From assembly GCA_037481835.1 (NCBI GenBank), contig JBBFKW010000005.1, positions 96,001 to 160,000 of the forward strand: 64,000 bases of DNA. The letters are read 5' to 3'. This DNA comes from Desulfosoma sp. Lineage in GTDB: Bacteria; Desulfobacterota; Syntrophobacteria; Syntrophobacterales; DSM-9756. This document shows positions 61,350-64,000 of this stretch, one piece after another. A program made the position numbers and the translations under genes. The notes under the pieces are model-generated. The model searched no databases. It saw only the letters and a list, made by a program, of their open reading frames with translations, and was not told where the DNA came from. Position 1 is the first letter of the stretch; each line of letters starts with the position of its first letter.

Positions 61350-62452
61350 TTTACGAAATCGCCAACATCATTTTGGATTCGTGGCAGTTTTTTTCCTTTC
61401 TGCGCCTGATCAACTACCTGACCTTCAGGGCCATCGTGGCGGCGCTCACCGCCGCCGTTTTCATGTTCCTCTTCAGCCGCCGTTTCATCCTGTACGTGCA
61501 CCGGCGCGGTTTCCAGGACCAGCAGCGGGAAACGGGCCTTTCGACCCATGACAAGGGTGGCACGCCCACCATGGGCGGGATCCTCATCGTCGGCGCCGTT
61601 GTTTTTTCCATGGTCCTGTGGGGCAATTGGCGAAGCCCCTTCTTGCTCCTCCCCATGATTGCCATGCTCTGGCACGCTCTCATGGGCTTTTGGGACGACT
61701 ACAGGAAAATTCTTAAAAAGAGCGGAAACAGGGGGCTTTCGGAAAAGACCAAGCTGGCGTTACAGAGCCTTTTCAGCGCCGGATTTGCCTGGATCATGGT
61801 GGGTCCCTTGTCCCCCATGGGGCCGGAGATGGCCGTGCGGCTCTACGTGCCGTTCGTCAAGGTTCCCGTGGCGACCCTTCATCCCCTTGTCTACGCGGTC
61901 TTCATTTTTCTTTTCGTGATTTTCGTCTCCAACGCCGTCAACATCACCGACGGCTTGGACGGGTTGGCCATCACCCCCTCTTTGTTTGTCATGGGCGTGC
62001 TTGGGGTTTTTGCTTATGTGCAGGGCAACACCATCTATTCGGCCTACCTTTTCTATCCCTATCTCAAGGGCGCAGGGGAGCTTACCGTCTTCGGCGCGGC
62101 GTTCATCGGCGCCGGCTTAGGGTTCCTCTGGTATAACGCCTACCCGGCTCAAATTTTCATGGGCGACACGGGCTCCTTGGCCATTGGAGGGACCGTGGCA
62201 GTGGTGTCGGTTCTGCTGAAGCAGGAGTTTCTCTTCCCCATTCTGGGGGGGCTTTTCGTGGCCGAGGCTTTGAGCAGCCAAATTCAGGACAAAATCGGAG
62301 TGCGCTGGCTGGGACGCCGCCTTTTCTACCGCGCGCCCCTGCACCATAACTTGCAGCATCGAGGCATTGCGGAAACCAAGGTGGTCATCCGCCTGTGGAT
62401 CATCTCCGGCCTCTTGGCCCTCGTCGCCCTGGCCACCCTGAAAATTCGCTAG
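61346..62452 (+). CDS. mraY: Phospho-MurNAc-pentapeptide transferase MraY (outside a dcw cluster)
   Basis: TPTMGG, GFWDDY, SNAVNITDGLDGL, FMGDTGS, APLHHN. Confidence 0.92.
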   Translation: MIYEIANIILDSWQFFSFLRLINYLTFRAIVAALTAAVFMFLFSRRFILYVHRRGFQDQQRETGLSTHDKGGTPTMGGILIVGAVVFSMVLWGNWRSPFLLLPMIAMLWHALMGFWDDYRKILKKSGNRGLSEKTKLALQSLFSAGFAWIMVGPLSPMGPEMAVRLYVPFVKVPVATLHPLVYAVFIFLFVIFVSNAVNITDGLDGLAITPSLFVMGVLGVFAYVQGNTIYSAYLFYPYLKGAGELTVFGAAFIGAGLGFLWYNAYPAQIFMGDTGSLAIGGTVAVVSVLLKQEFLFPILGGLFVAEALSSQIQDKIGVRWLGRRLFYRAPLHHNLQHRGIAETKVVIRLWIISGLLALVALATLKIR

Positions 62453-62475
62453 CGCCCCTTTTCACCCGCGCGGTT

Positions 62476-63795
<1,320 letters not shown>

Positions 63796-63898
63796 TGTCT
63801 CTCCAACTCCGGATACAGTAATCTTCTAATGACATGAGCGACGAAGCCTTGTCGGTCGCCACTCTACCACAGCCGCTCGAGAAGTGAAGAGCCAAGCC

Positions 63899-64000
63899 AT
63901 GCGCCGTGTGTCTCTCCGGACGAAAATCTTTGCGGCCCTTGTGGTCGTCAGCGTCGTGACCCTTGCGACCTCCGGCGCTTTTCTGTTCCGGTACGGCGGC
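63899..64000 (+). CDS. Start of a membrane-anchored protein (possibly a sensor), truncated by window edge
   Basis: MRRVSLRTKIFAALVVVSVVTLATSGAFLFRYGG: basic N-terminus plus hydrophobic helix. Confidence 0.5.
   Translation, partial: MRRVSLRTKIFAALVVVSVVTLATSGAFLFRYGG

Overview
GC-rich bacterial chromosome segment; the gene content suggests an anaerobic deltaproteobacterium/Desulfobacterota (inference). Left part: origin-type genes (rpmH-rnpA-yidD-yidC-jag-mnmE-rsmG, a perfect parS palindrome, dnaN-gyrB-gyrA), but without dnaA, recF, mnmG or visible DnaA boxes. Right part: a C1/Wood-Ljungdahl methyl-branch and redox cluster (fhs, folD, hdrC-hdrB-hdrA/L-hdrA-mvhD, a second mvhD with a likely selenocysteine codon, metV-metF, cooC) interrupted by a sigma54 regulatory module (GcvH-like protein, Rossmann-PAS kinase, NtrC-type regulator, archaemetzincin), then purine genes, a murG-HEAT fusion with mraY, and ugd. 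The most unusual element is a five-gene minus-strand cluster at 9088-13207: a ubiquitin-like candidate with an internal Gly-Gly plus a 12-residue tail, an E2-like protein (HP...ICLG), an unknown protein, a ClpX-like ATPase lacking the zinc-binding domain and IGF loop, and a JAB/JAMM protease, with no E1 in the window. A tandem pair of 99-bp MITE-like elements sits in a CTAG that supplies the stop codons of two convergent genes. All calls are from motif reading only; no searches were run.
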